A stretch of 64,000 nucleotides of DNA from Clostridia bacterium (GTDB taxonomy: Bacteria; Bacillota; Clostridia; JAAYHZ01). The notes under the pieces are model-generated. The model saw only the letters and a list, made by a program, of their open reading frames with translations, did no database searches and was not told where the DNA came from. The stretch covers positions 224,001 to 288,000 of the forward strand of contig JBMNIH010000007.1 in the NCBI GenBank assembly GCA_050950825.1, written 5' to 3'. Below are positions 1-9,642 of this stretch, one piece after another (the stretch's first letter is position 1; each line of letters starts with the position of its first letter). The translations under genes were made by a program, and so were the position numbers.

Positions 1-1
1 A

Positions 2-175
2 GCAATACAGCTGGGAAGAGAAACTGAAGAAGCTTCAGGACCAATATCCGTCCTCCATAGGATATGGTTTTATGTTGGTGAAGCACCAGGATGGCTGGCG
101 CGAATTGTCCATACGCTTGTAAATTGGAATTTATGGGTACAGACCCGTTCTGCATTCCTGTCCGGATATGCATAG
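2..175 (+). CDS. C-terminal part of a hypothetical protein (DUF6431-like) that precedes DDE/ExeA transposition modules; 5' end outside window
   Basis: Frame 2 is open from base 2 to TAG at 173-175 and ends ...APGWLARIVHTLVNWNLWVQTRSAFLSGYA. This tail resembles, from memory, the gene found upstream of such transposases. Confidence 0.55.
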   Translation, partial: AIQLGRETEEASGPISVLHRIWFYVGEAPGWLARIVHTLVNWNLWVQTRSAFLSGYA

Positions 176-214
176 TATACACTCATGTTGAATCAATCAA
201 AGGGGGTATTCAAC

Positions 215-1570
215 ATGAGAGATCAGAGAAAAGCAGAGACAATAGCACAGCAGCGGATGGAACTGATATCGCCACTGCTGGCCGAGGGCCTGGATCCTGC
301 AAAAGCGAAAGAGATCAAAGCCCGTATATGTGAACAAACCGGTATATCAGAGCGTACTCTCCGAAGATATGTGGCACAATACCGGGAAGCCGGATTCGAC
401 GGTTTAAAGCCTAAAGGAAAGAGCCAAAGAAAAACAGAGGATGCCATACCATCCCATGTATTGGAGCAGGCTATTCTTCTGCGCAGGCAGGTTCCAAGCC
501 GTAGCGTATCACAGTTGATAAACATCCTGGAGTGGGAAGGAATTGTAGAGCCGGGCCGGATAAAGCGCAGCACACTGCAGGAGCAATTGGCAAACCGGGG
601 GTACAGTGCAAGACAGATGAAAATGTACACATCAACGGGAGTAGCAGCGCGCAGGTTCCAACATCGGTATCGCAATAAGCTCTGGCATTCGGACATCAAG
701 TATGGCCCTTATCTTCCTATCGGCAGGGATGGAGAAAAAAAGCAGGTGTTTTTGGTTCTCTTCGTGGATGATGCTACCAGATACGTTCTTCATGGAGAAT
801 TTTATCCCACCCTGGATAAAGTCATCGTAGAGGATTGCTTCCGGAAGTCCATTCTTAAGCATGGTGTGCCCGAAGCCGTATTTTTTGATAACGGCAGCCA
901 ATACAGGAACAAGTGGATGACACGGGCATGTGCAAAAATGGGCATTCGTCTGCTCTATGCCCGCCCCTACTCGCCGGAAGCAACCGGCAAAGTTGAGAGG
1001 CTGAACCGGGTAGTGGATTCCTTTCTTACAGAGGCCGCTTTGGAGAAACCACAGACCCTGGAAAGGTTGAACGAGCTGTTCCAGGTATGGCTTACCGAAT
1101 GCTATCAGAACAGGCCCCATTCCGCCCTGGTGAATCACATGAGTCCGGAGGTTGCATACCGAAGTGATACGAAACCCCAAAGGTTTATTGACCCGGACGT
1201 CCTGGCTCAGGCGTTTTTGCATTTTGAGGAACGCAAGGTGGATAAAGCAGGCTGTATCAGCTTCAACGGCCAAAAGTATGAGGTTGGCCTTCCCTTTATT
1301 GGCTGCACTGTAGATGTGATCTATGATCCGGCATGCACGGATGAGCTTACCATTGAGTATGAAGGCCATAACCCATGGAAGGCTAAAAAGCTGGTGATTG
1401 GTGAACGGGCCGGTAGGCGGCCTGGTTTACCGGAACATCTTACCACCGAAAAAGCGGAGGCATCCCGCTTGCTAAGAGCAGCCAAAAAGAAGAACGAGCA
1501 GCGCATAGAACAGTACATGCCTGCCGTCTCTTACAGAAACGTGGCCAAGGGTGGTGAGCAGAATGTTTGA
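215..1570 (+). CDS. DDE-type transposase/integrase (rve core, Mu-transposase-like C-terminus)
   Basis: N-terminal HTH; WHSDIK, FDNGSQY and GKVERLNR give the D-D-E motifs; HSAL motif. The ATG at 215 follows RBS AGGGGG. Confidence 0.9.
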   Translation: MRDQRKAETIAQQRMELISPLLAEGLDPAKAKEIKARICEQTGISERTLRRYVAQYREAGFDGLKPKGKSQRKTEDAIPSHVLEQAILLRRQVPSRSVSQLINILEWEGIVEPGRIKRSTLQEQLANRGYSARQMKMYTSTGVAARRFQHRYRNKLWHSDIKYGPYLPIGRDGEKKQVFLVLFVDDATRYVLHGEFYPTLDKVIVEDCFRKSILKHGVPEAVFFDNGSQYRNKWMTRACAKMGIRLLYARPYSPEATGKVERLNRVVDSFLTEAALEKPQTLERLNELFQVWLTECYQNRPHSALVNHMSPEVAYRSDTKPQRFIDPDVLAQAFLHFEERKVDKAGCISFNGQKYEVGLPFIGCTVDVIYDPACTDELTIEYEGHNPWKAKKLVIGERAGRRPGLPEHLTTEKAEASRLLRAAKKKNEQRIEQYMPAVSYRNVAKGGEQNV

Positions 1571-2363
1571 AGCCTTTTATGGGTTTAAACGCACACCCTT
1601 CACACGTGATATTCCTACTGACCAGCTTTATCAGCCCATCATACTGGAAGAGACATTAGGGCGCCTGCAATATGCTGCAGATCGTCAGTTGTTCGCTGTT
1701 GTTACCGGGGACTGCGGTACCGGCAAAACCACAGCTATCCGCCGTTTCCGGGATATTCTGGACTCTTCACGATTTCATGTTATGTACCTTGCCGATTCCA
1801 AACTGACGCCCAGGCATTTCTACAAGGGTTTACTGGAGCAGCTGGGGTGTGAGGCAAAATTCTACCGTGGAGATGCCAAACGCCAGCTGCACCGGGAAAT
1901 TGAGCTTATGAAGGGAATCCATAAACTGCAGCCTGTTGTCATTGTTGATGAGGCTCACCTGTTGGACCGTGAGATGCTGGAAGAGGTTCGTTTCCTGCTG
2001 AACTTCAAGATGGACTCAGAAAGCCCAATGGCTTTAATTCTGGTGGGACAGTCAGAGCTGTGGGACAAGTTCCAGCTCCAGGCATATGCCGCCATCAAGC
2101 AACGTATTGATATTCAGTGCAAACTGAATCATTATGATCGGGCTCAGGTGGGTGAATACGTACACAGACATTTAGAGTATGCAGCTTGCGACAGGGAAAT
2201 TTTCTCTGATGCAGCGTTGGATGAGATATTTAAGTATTCCAGTGGCTCTGCCAGGCTCATAAACAAGCTTTGCACCCATTGCCTGCTGTTCGGTGCTCAA
2301 AATGGCCGTAAAATCATTGATGACCATATGGTAAAGCTCGTGATACAGGGGGAATTGGCGTGA
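1563..2363 (+). CDS. ExeA/TniB-like AAA ATPase (transposition helper)
   Basis: Walker A GDCGTGKT, Walker B IVDEAH, LILVGQ; overlaps the transposase stop codon. Confidence 0.88.
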   Translation: MFEAFYGFKRTPFTRDIPTDQLYQPIILEETLGRLQYAADRQLFAVVTGDCGTGKTTAIRRFRDILDSSRFHVMYLADSKLTPRHFYKGLLEQLGCEAKFYRGDAKRQLHREIELMKGIHKLQPVVIVDEAHLLDREMLEEVRFLLNFKMDSESPMALILVGQSELWDKFQLQAYAAIKQRIDIQCKLNHYDRAQVGEYVHRHLEYAACDREIFSDAALDEIFKYSSGSARLINKLCTHCLLFGAQNGRKIIDDHMVKLVIQGELA

Positions 2364-2686
2364 TACAATTCCACTGTTCTTATCAATGGGATGATGGTAG
2401 TAAAGACATATGGTATGGTACTGTTAACCAGGTTATTAATTTCGGCAGCCACTATGAGGTTTTTATTTTAAGCCGGAGCAGCTTGCGGGTACTGGTTGGT
2501 CAATCAACCTCAGGGTTGTTTGCCTGTCTTCCTGATTTTAGCGCTGGATGCCATCTGAGTGCACTGAATGATACTTTCTACAACAGTGAGAAGTTGATTT
2601 ATGCTTTAGGAAATGTTGTAGACGGTATGACAATAGCTTATGCTTTCAAAGCATTGGAACCATTTTTAAACTTCAATAACGACTAA
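2360..2686 (+). CDS. Hypothetical protein, last gene of the transposon
   Basis: 108 aa ORF with a GTGA overlap to the ATPase gene. Confidence 0.65.
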   Translation: MIQFHCSYQWDDGSKDIWYGTVNQVINFGSHYEVFILSRSSLRVLVGQSTSGLFACLPDFSAGCHLSALNDTFYNSEKLIYALGNVVDGMTIAYAFKALEPFLNFNND

Positions 2687-2692
2687 ATACAT

Positions 2693-2718
2693 AGCGGATA
2701 ACCTTTTAGTTATCCGCT
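2693..2718 (+). terminator. Stem-loop after the transposon operon
   Basis: AGCGGATAAC-6 nt-GTTATCCGCT perfect 10 bp stem. Confidence 0.55.
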
Positions 2719-3423
2719 CATGCCTTCGCTTTATTGGCAGTTATACCGTCAACTTTTGGTCAATTAACAACATCTATTTCGGGACAATTTGAGCTAGCAT
2801 TAACACTTAACATCGCAAGGAAAAAGCGAGAATACTATCAATAGTTATTATTTGCATATAAAAGGTTACCACCAATGGTATTTGGTATCCTTTGGCAGAG
2901 AATGTTCGGTGCTATACCGGGAAAACATCTTAGATTATATCAGTTATCTTCGTAATATTAAGAAAGATACTGGTAGAACAATAAATTGCAAGATTAGTGC
3001 ATTGATAAAGTATAATGAATTTTTGATTGAGAAAGGAATACAGCAAGACCAAGTAGTTTCAAAGAAAGATAATATTAATGTACAGCAGACATATGCAAAC
3101 CCTTCGGATATAACTAAACAGGAAGTAGATGCTTTTAGACAACAACTATTAGAGAATGGGCATCGAGATATTTATTGTTTGGCCACATTATTAGCATATG
3201 CAGGTTTAAGAATTAGTGAAGCACTTAATATTCAGTTAACAGACTTCAATTTAACAGTTGGAGAGTTAAAGGTTAGGGGTAAGGGAGATAAAGATAGAGT
3301 TGTTTATTTAAATGATAAGATTATTAATAGTATAAGTGAGTTCTTAAGAGTGAGAGAAAGTGAAAGTCCGTATTTATTTGCAAATAGTAATGGAAAGATA
3401 ATTCATAGGTCAACAGTTAATAA

Positions 3424-5042
3424 CTCAAACTTCGCAGTAAATTAATATAATAAATTCCTAGATAATTTAATATAAGCTTTTTAAGTAATATATGTAACTA
3501 AGCGACTTTTGACTTGGGTAATCTTAGTTTTAAATATTCAGGAAGTCTAGAAATGAAAATTCTAAGAAACCCATTTACTCGCTTATCATCAATCATGAAA
3601 TACTCCATTAAGCATTCTGACAGTATTTCGAGAATCAGTTGTATTACTTCATCGAACTTTATGTCTTGCAATTCATCGTAGCATAAATAAAACAACTCAC
3701 CTATAGTTCGATTATCCATATTGTTCCGATTTTCTATTGCCAGCATGATATACCTACTGAGGACTACTGCGGTATGAGCCGTCATCATATCATATGACAA
3801 GCCTTGAAACTCTCTACCTAAATTGAGATATGTCTTGCACATTTTATAGAAAACTTCTATATCCCAACGTTTGCCATACGTTTGAATTATTTGCTCTTCC
3901 GAAAGCGCCAAATCGGTTGAAATGATGGCTATCCATTTCTTCCTGTTATTCCGATCCCGTACGAATACAATGCGAGCATCCATAGTCTCTTCTTCTTTGT
4001 TGTGAATGGATACGACAACCGACAAAAGGTATTTGGAACGACCACGTCTCTTTTTTTGAGAATTATAGATTTCCTTAAGGGTCATTTTCTTTCCGTTAAA
4101 GGAATACTTGATATTAGGAGTATCTTTAAGCCGCCCGATGCTGTGAAGCTTCAACTTCGCAATGTCCATGAGTATTGCAGGATAGGAAAACCAACTGTCG
4201 AACAGCACGTGCTTTGCAGGTATGTGTTGCTCGACTGCTTGCCGAAGCATCGCTATCATTAAATCAGGGGCTTTCTGCATGGCTTGCATTCTTCGTTTGT
4301 ATCCATTGGTGTTTTTATGGATATCATCTCTCATTTTACACAAATGTTTTTCAACTTTGCCGGATGTGAGCAAACAAAAATTAAACGGAATAAGTGTGTT
4401 GCCATCTGACCATGCAAGAGTAAGCAACCTGAATCCTTTTTTACACTTGTTGTCGGTATGATCTCTGACAAACGAAAGCATCTCTACACATTTGCTTCGT
4501 AAACGGCCGTAGAAGGTATCATCTACAACAATGACATTAATACGGTCATCCGATGTCAAATCCTTTACATGGCTGTTTATAACCGTGGATGCCAATGTCA
4601 TAACAAATGTCTGCCAGTTAATATATATAGAGTTTAGGAAACGATATACAGTATCTTTTTTAAAATCGACATTTTTGTCTCTGTTGCTGTCTTTATTTTT
4701 TATCAGGTTCATATACATACTTCTGTTTGTGAAAACCAATTGAAACAAATAGAGAAAAATTTGAATTACCGGTACACCTCTTTTTTTATAAGCATTGGCA
4801 TGTTGCAGAGCTTGATAAATTTTAAACTTTCTAAAAAAAAGATTGATTCTATCGTTAAACTGCTTTTCTTCGATATAATTTTCCGGTATACTATTCATGG
4901 CAAGGGGCTCCTTCGTTGTGATATTATGTTTTATTTGTTAATTAATATTATACCACAATCCAGGTCTCCTTGTCATACTTTTTTGCACTAAACTATTGAA
5001 TTATCTAGGTTCGAACGCACTTTTTCAAGTGCGAAGTTTGAG
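3424..5042 (-). mobile_element. IS4/IS701-like insertion sequence with 13 bp TIRs and a 7 bp target duplication
   Basis: CTCAAACTTCGCA (3424-3436) and TGCGAAGTTTGAG (5030-5042); TTAATAA at 3417-3423 and 5043-5049. Confidence 0.9.
3498..4898 (-). CDS. IS4-superfamily DDE transposase
   Basis: VVDDT, LFDSWF and YGKRWDIEVFYK (Y-R-E-K signature) motifs. Confidence 0.88.
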   Translation of the reverse strand: MNSIPENYIEEKQFNDRINLFFRKFKIYQALQHANAYKKRGVPVIQIFLYLFQLVFTNRSMYMNLIKNKDSNRDKNVDFKKDTVYRFLNSIYINWQTFVMTLASTVINSHVKDLTSDDRINVIVVDDTFYGRLRSKCVEMLSFVRDHTDNKCKKGFRLLTLAWSDGNTLIPFNFCLLTSGKVEKHLCKMRDDIHKNTNGYKRRMQAMQKAPDLMIAMLRQAVEQHIPAKHVLFDSWFSYPAILMDIAKLKLHSIGRLKDTPNIKYSFNGKKMTLKEIYNSQKKRRGRSKYLLSVVVSIHNKEEETMDARIVFVRDRNNRKKWIAIISTDLALSEEQIIQTYGKRWDIEVFYKMCKTYLNLGREFQGLSYDMMTAHTAVVLSRYIMLAIENRNNMDNRTIGELFYLCYDELQDIKFDEVIQLILEILSECLMEYFMIDDKRVNGFLRIFISRLPEYLKLRLPKSKVA

Positions 5043-5273
5043 TTAATAAGATTTTTAATAAATATAGTGATAAGATCACGCCTCATGCATTGCGACATTA
5101 TTTTTGCACGATTGCTTTGGAGGGCGGGCTATCAGTTCATGAGGTTGCCTATTTGGCAGGCCATAGCAATATTCACACTACGCTTATATATTTGAATCCG
5201 AGTAGAGAGGCAATTAGGGGAAAAATAAATAACCTGTAATTAAAGGGGTGCTTTGGCCCCTTAAAATTGGACA

Positions 5274-6227
5274 TTAACTTGCTTTTTCTATTACTTTTTC
5301 AGTTTTTTGAGCATATTCTTTATATGCCTGTTTAGGTGTTTTTAACTTAAGTCCCCAGTGTAATCTCCTGTTATTGTAAAAATCTTCCCAGTCTAATAAA
5401 GCAGCTCTCGCCTCTTCTAAACTGTCAAATTCACTTCTACTCAATAATTTTTCCTCAAGAATTCCATGATACGCTTCTATATGACCGTTTTCTTCCGGAC
5501 ATCTTACATGAGTAAATTCATGATAAATTCCTTTTATTTTGCAATATTCCGCGAAGTTCTCACTTATGTATTGAGACCCATTATCGCTCCTTAAAATAAG
5601 TCCTAACGGATCAATTCCCCTATCCTTAATTGCTTTATCTAAAGCCCTGACCGCTTTCTTTGAATTTATACTATAATCAGCATAGCTTCCAACAAGCTCT
5701 CTTGTAAAAACATCTATATAATTAATAATGTAAAATGTCCTGCCTTTTCCTGCAATATAGCCATACTTAATGTCCGTAGCCCACATTTGATTCGGTCTTC
5801 CAACTTTTCTGTCATCTACCCTTCTTCTATGTGCATGTTTCCTGTTAACTGGCTTTAAAAGTCCATTTTCGCGCATCAACCGATATACTTTCTTCTTGTT
5901 TATTTTTATCTTGTATAATACCCTGAGATGTGCAGTTACTTTCTTGTAACCATAGCAACTGCACTCTCCACTCAAAATTTCCCGAATTATTGAAACTATC
6001 TCTTCATCTTTAATTTTTCTACCTGTCTCATCCAAAGAATATCCTTCTGGCTTTCTTCCTTTTCTGTTCCCTTCAGACGAGTCCCTTCGGTTTCTATTTC
6101 TCTTCCAGTAATAGTATGTACTGCGCGCTACTTTAACTAACTTTAATACTGTTTTCGCAGCATGCCCTGCTTTTATGTATTTATCTGCTACCCCTAATCT
6201 ATCTTCAAGCCCGGGCTCGTTTTTTTT
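5274..6227 (-). CDS. IS3-family OrfB (integrase core), joined to OrfA by a predicted -1 programmed frameshift
   Basis: WATDIKY, SDNGSQY and ENGHIE motifs. An A8C run at 6227-6219 is followed by the GAGCCCGGGCTT hairpin, and the -1 frame is open from there into the 253 aa ORF. Confidence 0.85.
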   Translation of the reverse strand, partial: KKNEPGLEDRLGVADKYIKAGHAAKTVLKLVKVARSTYYYWKRNRNRRDSSEGNRKGRKPEGYSLDETGRKIKDEEIVSIIREILSGECSCYGYKKVTAHLRVLYKIKINKKKVYRLMRENGLLKPVNRKHAHRRRVDDRKVGRPNQMWATDIKYGYIAGKGRTFYIINYIDVFTRELVGSYADYSINSKKAVRALDKAIKDRGIDPLGLILRSDNGSQYISENFAEYCKIKGIYHEFTHVRCPEENGHIEAYHGILEEKLLSRSEFDSLEEARAALLDWEDFYNNRRLHWGLKLKTPKQAYKEYAQKTEKVIEKAS

Positions 6228-6502
6228 AATAGATCCTTATATATCTTAATTGCTAATTCTTTTTCACCCAGGAGTTTCTTCAATTCTTCATTTTCTCTCC
6301 GTAGTTCATACTCTTTCGAGGTAATGGAGCTTATTGCCTTTGGCGCAAGACCATCTACTCCTGTTTCCTCATATTTAGCTCTCCATTTATAGAAGGTATT
6401 AGGGCTAATATTATGCTTTCTGCATATCTCCGCTACTCTAACTCCTGCCTCATAATCCTTAATTGCTGCTAATTTTTGTTCAACTGTGAATCTCTTCCTC
6501 AT
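6194..6502 (-). CDS. IS3-family OrfA (HTH + coiled coil)
   Basis: MRKRFTVEQKL...ICRKHNISPNTFYKW HTH and ELRRENEELKK leucine zipper; ATG at 6502 with RBS. Confidence 0.88.
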   Translation of the reverse strand: MRKRFTVEQKLAAIKDYEAGVRVAEICRKHNISPNTFYKWRAKYEETGVDGLAPKAISSITSKEYELRRENEELKKLLGEKELAIKIYKDLLKKTSPGLKID

Positions 6503-6576
6503 ACTTTCTTCCCCCTTGAACAAATTGTATTACATTTTTATACAATCTGTCCAACCGTCTAAGGGGTCCTTAACAA

Positions 6577-8478
6577 GGGGCTGTTGCACTAAAAAGAAAT
6601 AGTGCACAGCCTCTTTTTAATTGATAAAAAATAAATCCCGATGCCCAAGAAGCAAGGGATTTATGATAAAATAACAATATGAAAACCTTAAAACTTAATA
6701 AGAAGTATACATTTAAACGAAGAAATTATCAACTAAAACTTCCAATAGAATTGGAATATAAAATTCCTGACGATGATCCGGTTCGCTTGTTGAGTCATTT
6801 TGTGGAGGAGATGGATTTAGAAGATTTGTATTCGACTTATTCTCGTATAAAGAGAAACCAAGCAAGCCCGCGTCAGATGCTTAAAATCTTAATTTACGCA
6901 TACATGAATCATATTTATTCATCAAGAGACATAGAAAAAGCATGTCGTCGCGATGTAAATTTTATGTACCTTTTAGAGGGTATGCTGGTACCTGATCATG
7001 CAACGTTTTCCAGGTTTCGAAGCTTGCATTTCACACCTTGTGCCAAAAGAATTTTGAGTGAAATGTCCGAATTTCTCTATGATATCGGAGAATTATCCGG
7101 CGACGCCATATTTATTGACGGCACGAAAATAGAGGCGTGTGCAAACAAATACACTTTTGTCTGGAAAAGAGCGGTCACAAAAAATCAAGAGAAGTTGCTT
7201 GCAAAATTGGCGGATTTCTTCGCGGAATGCGAGGAAAAGTACGGAATCAAAATAGTATACAATAATCAAGTCGAAATGAAACACGTTAAAAAGTTACGCA
7301 AGAGACTGTATGCCATAAAGAAGGAAGAAAACATCGAGTTCGTACATGGAAAAGGGAAGAGAAAAACACCTTTCCAACGATCCATTGAGACTTTGGAGAA
7401 TGATTTGGATAAGCTGAAGGAATATACGAAAAACATACATGTATGCGGAGACCGCAACAGTTTTTCAAAAACGGATCACGATGCGACGTTTATGAGAATG
7501 AAAGAGGACGCTATGGGCAACGGTCAGCTGAAAGCGGCATATAACATTCAGCATGGCGTTGACTCCGAGTACATAACATGGGTAACGGTGAATCAATGCA
7601 CAACGGATGCACCGACTCTAATACCTTTTTTGAATGAAATGAGATCCCATTTAAAATTCAAATACAAAAAAGTTGTCGCGGACGCAGGATACGAAAGCGA
7701 AGAAAACTATATTTACTTGGATAAAAACGGCCAATCGGCGTATATTAAACCGTTAAATTTACGAACAATCCAAAACCAAGAAATATAAAAATGACATTGG
7801 TCTTATGGAAAATATGGAATACCATGCAGAAGGAGATTATTACGTCTGTCATAACAAGAGAAAACTTGTCGTTAGCGATATAATAAAGAAAAGAAGCAAA
7901 AACGGATTTTTGAGCGAGAAAACGGTTTATACATGCGAAGATTGCAGTGATTGCTCCTTCAAAAGTAAATGTATAAAAGGAAATAGCAAGATTCCGTTGA
8001 CTGAAAGGGTAAAAAGACTTCACGTGGCGAAGGAATTTATCCGACAACGAGAAAAAGCCATGGAAAGAATACGGAGCGAAGAAGGCTGCATGCTTAGAAT
8101 AAACAGAAGCATACAGGCGGAAGGATCTTTCGGAACAATAAAGCAGGACATGGGATTTCGGAGATTTTTGTGCAGAGGTAAGGCGAATGTACTTGCCGAG
8201 AGCATACTACTGGCTATGGCTTTTAACGTAAATAAGCTTCACAGTAAAATTCAAGCCGGACGAACCGGTACACATCTTTTTCAATTTGAAAATAGTGCTT
8301 AAGTGAAAACAAATTAAAGAAAAAGCCGATTATTACAAAAGGTGTATTAAGTGCACCCTTTTTTAGTAATCGGCTTCTTTGTTGATTAAAATTAATTAAA
8401 ATTCCTTAAATTCAAGGTAAAATATTGAAAAAGAGGCAGTGCATCAGAAGTTTAAAAAACCTCTAATGCAACAACCCC
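6577..8478 (+). mobile_element. IS1182-family element, copy 1
   Basis: IRs GGGGCTGTTGCA / TGCAACAACCCC; near-identical to 17160-19057. Confidence 0.9.
6679..8302 (+). pseudogene. IS1182 transposase, frameshifted
   Basis: An extra T at 7758-7760 (AAATTTACG vs AAATTACG in copy 2) splits it into 369 aa and 165 aa ORFs. A sequencing error cannot be excluded. Confidence 0.85.
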
Positions 8479-8637
8479 TTTTTTGATCAGATTCCAATAA
8501 CGATACTTTGTACCTACATTATACATAATATAGTAAAAAATCTTATAAATTATGAACTTTAAATTGGAATAGTGTATAATATTGTTAAAGAATTAATGGA
8601 ACGTTATGGGATTATATGAATTTTAAGGGGTGAAAAT

Positions 8638-9642
8638 ATGGCGACAACTGTAAATAATGCATTTAAAGAGTTTATGCGAGATAAGGTCAACTTGGATCCG
8701 GACAAAACAAAAACTGCAAGAAAAAGCAGGGACAATCTTATAGATAATATACATAGTTTGGGTTCTAATGAAGATTTTTTCAATTTATATCATGACATTG
8801 ATATTGCATTTGGCTCATTTGCAAGAAAAACAAAAATAAGACCCTTAGATGATATTGATATAATGATTGGGATTAACGGTGACGGTAGCACTTATTATGA
8901 TTCAGGCTATGAGGTTAAAATTTATGTAAATGATGATAATTCTCCACAAAAGAGTTGTTGCAATGACAATACTAACATACTCAATTCAACAAAAGTTATT
9001 AACAAATTTATAAAAGAACTTAAAAATTTAAACGATTATAAGAAAGCGGAGACCCATAAGAATGGTGCGGCAGCCACCCTTCAACTAAAATCTTATGAAT
9101 GGAATTTTGATATTGTACCATGTTTTCGAACAACTAAAGAATCTGATGGCCGAGATTATTATTTAATACCAGATGGAAAGGGAAATTGGCAAAAAACAGA
9201 TCCACGCAAAGATAGGGATAAAGTAACTACTTTGAACCAAAAACATAATGGATTAATGTTAGAGACTATAAGATTGGTAAAGTATTGGAATAGAAGACCT
9301 ACAATGCCATTGATGCCATCTTATGCATTAGAATGTTTATTACTACAATATTTTGATAGCGTAGATAGTGTAAGTGATTATATTGATTTAAGATTTAGAG
9401 ATGTTTTATATTATATCAAAGATAACATTTGGTATTCCATTAATGATCCAAAAGAAATTCAAGGAGATTTAAACACACTTACATATGATGAAAAACTGAA
9501 AATTTCAAACAAAGCAGAAAGTGATTATGAAAAAGCAAAAGAAGCGATTTCTGCAGAAATAGATGATAAAGATCATGAGAAAGCCATTAAAAAATGGGCT
9601 GAAATATTCGGAAGCGAATTTCCAGAATATAGCGAGGATTAG
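8638..9642 (+). CDS. SMODS / cGAS-DncV-like nucleotidyltransferase (CBASS cyclase)
   Basis: FGSFARKT, DDIDI and FDIVP catalytic motifs; WQKTDP, IRLVKYWN and SYALE; C-terminal W..IFG..FP. Confidence 0.85.
   Translation: MATTVNNAFKEFMRDKVNLDPDKTKTARKSRDNLIDNIHSLGSNEDFFNLYHDIDIAFGSFARKTKIRPLDDIDIMIGINGDGSTYYDSGYEVKIYVNDDNSPQKSCCNDNTNILNSTKVINKFIKELKNLNDYKKAETHKNGAAATLQLKSYEWNFDIVPCFRTTKESDGRDYYLIPDGKGNWQKTDPRKDRDKVTTLNQKHNGLMLETIRLVKYWNRRPTMPLMPSYALECLLLQYFDSVDSVSDYIDLRFRDVLYYIKDNIWYSINDPKEIQGDLNTLTYDEKLKISNKAESDYEKAKEAISAEIDDKDHEKAIKKWAEIFGSEFPEYSED

Larger units (their letters stand above)
1..2805 (+). mobile_element. DDE transposase + ExeA-type ATPase transposon (Tn552/IS21-like architecture); right end at ~2805, left end outside window
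   Basis: Transposase, AAA ATPase and a small ORF are followed by three ~22-24 bp-spaced GG(N)CA(A/G)TT motifs (2734, 2756, 2780) and a terminal ...GCATTAACA. A different gene resumes mid-frame right after 2805. Confidence 0.75.
2807..5239 (+). pseudogene. XerC/D-like tyrosine recombinase, 5'-truncated by the transposon and split by an IS4-like element (pieces 2807-3423 and 5050-5239)
   Basis: Piece 1 reads LTSQGKSENTINSY...AGLRISEA...GKGDKDR...HRSTVN. Piece 2 reads KIFNKYSDKITPHALRHYFCT...LAGHSNIHTTLIYLNP...NNL*. Removing the IS and one TTAATAA copy restores one frame with the R, K, HxxR, H and Y catalytic residues. Confidence 0.92.
5249..6575 (-). mobile_element. IS3-family element with a 5 bp target duplication AGGGG
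   Basis: TG...CA ends with imperfect IRs (TGCTTTGGCCCCTTAAAATTGGACA vs TGTTAAGGACCCCTTAGACGGTTGGACA); AGGGG at 5244-5248 and 6576-6580. Confidence 0.85.
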
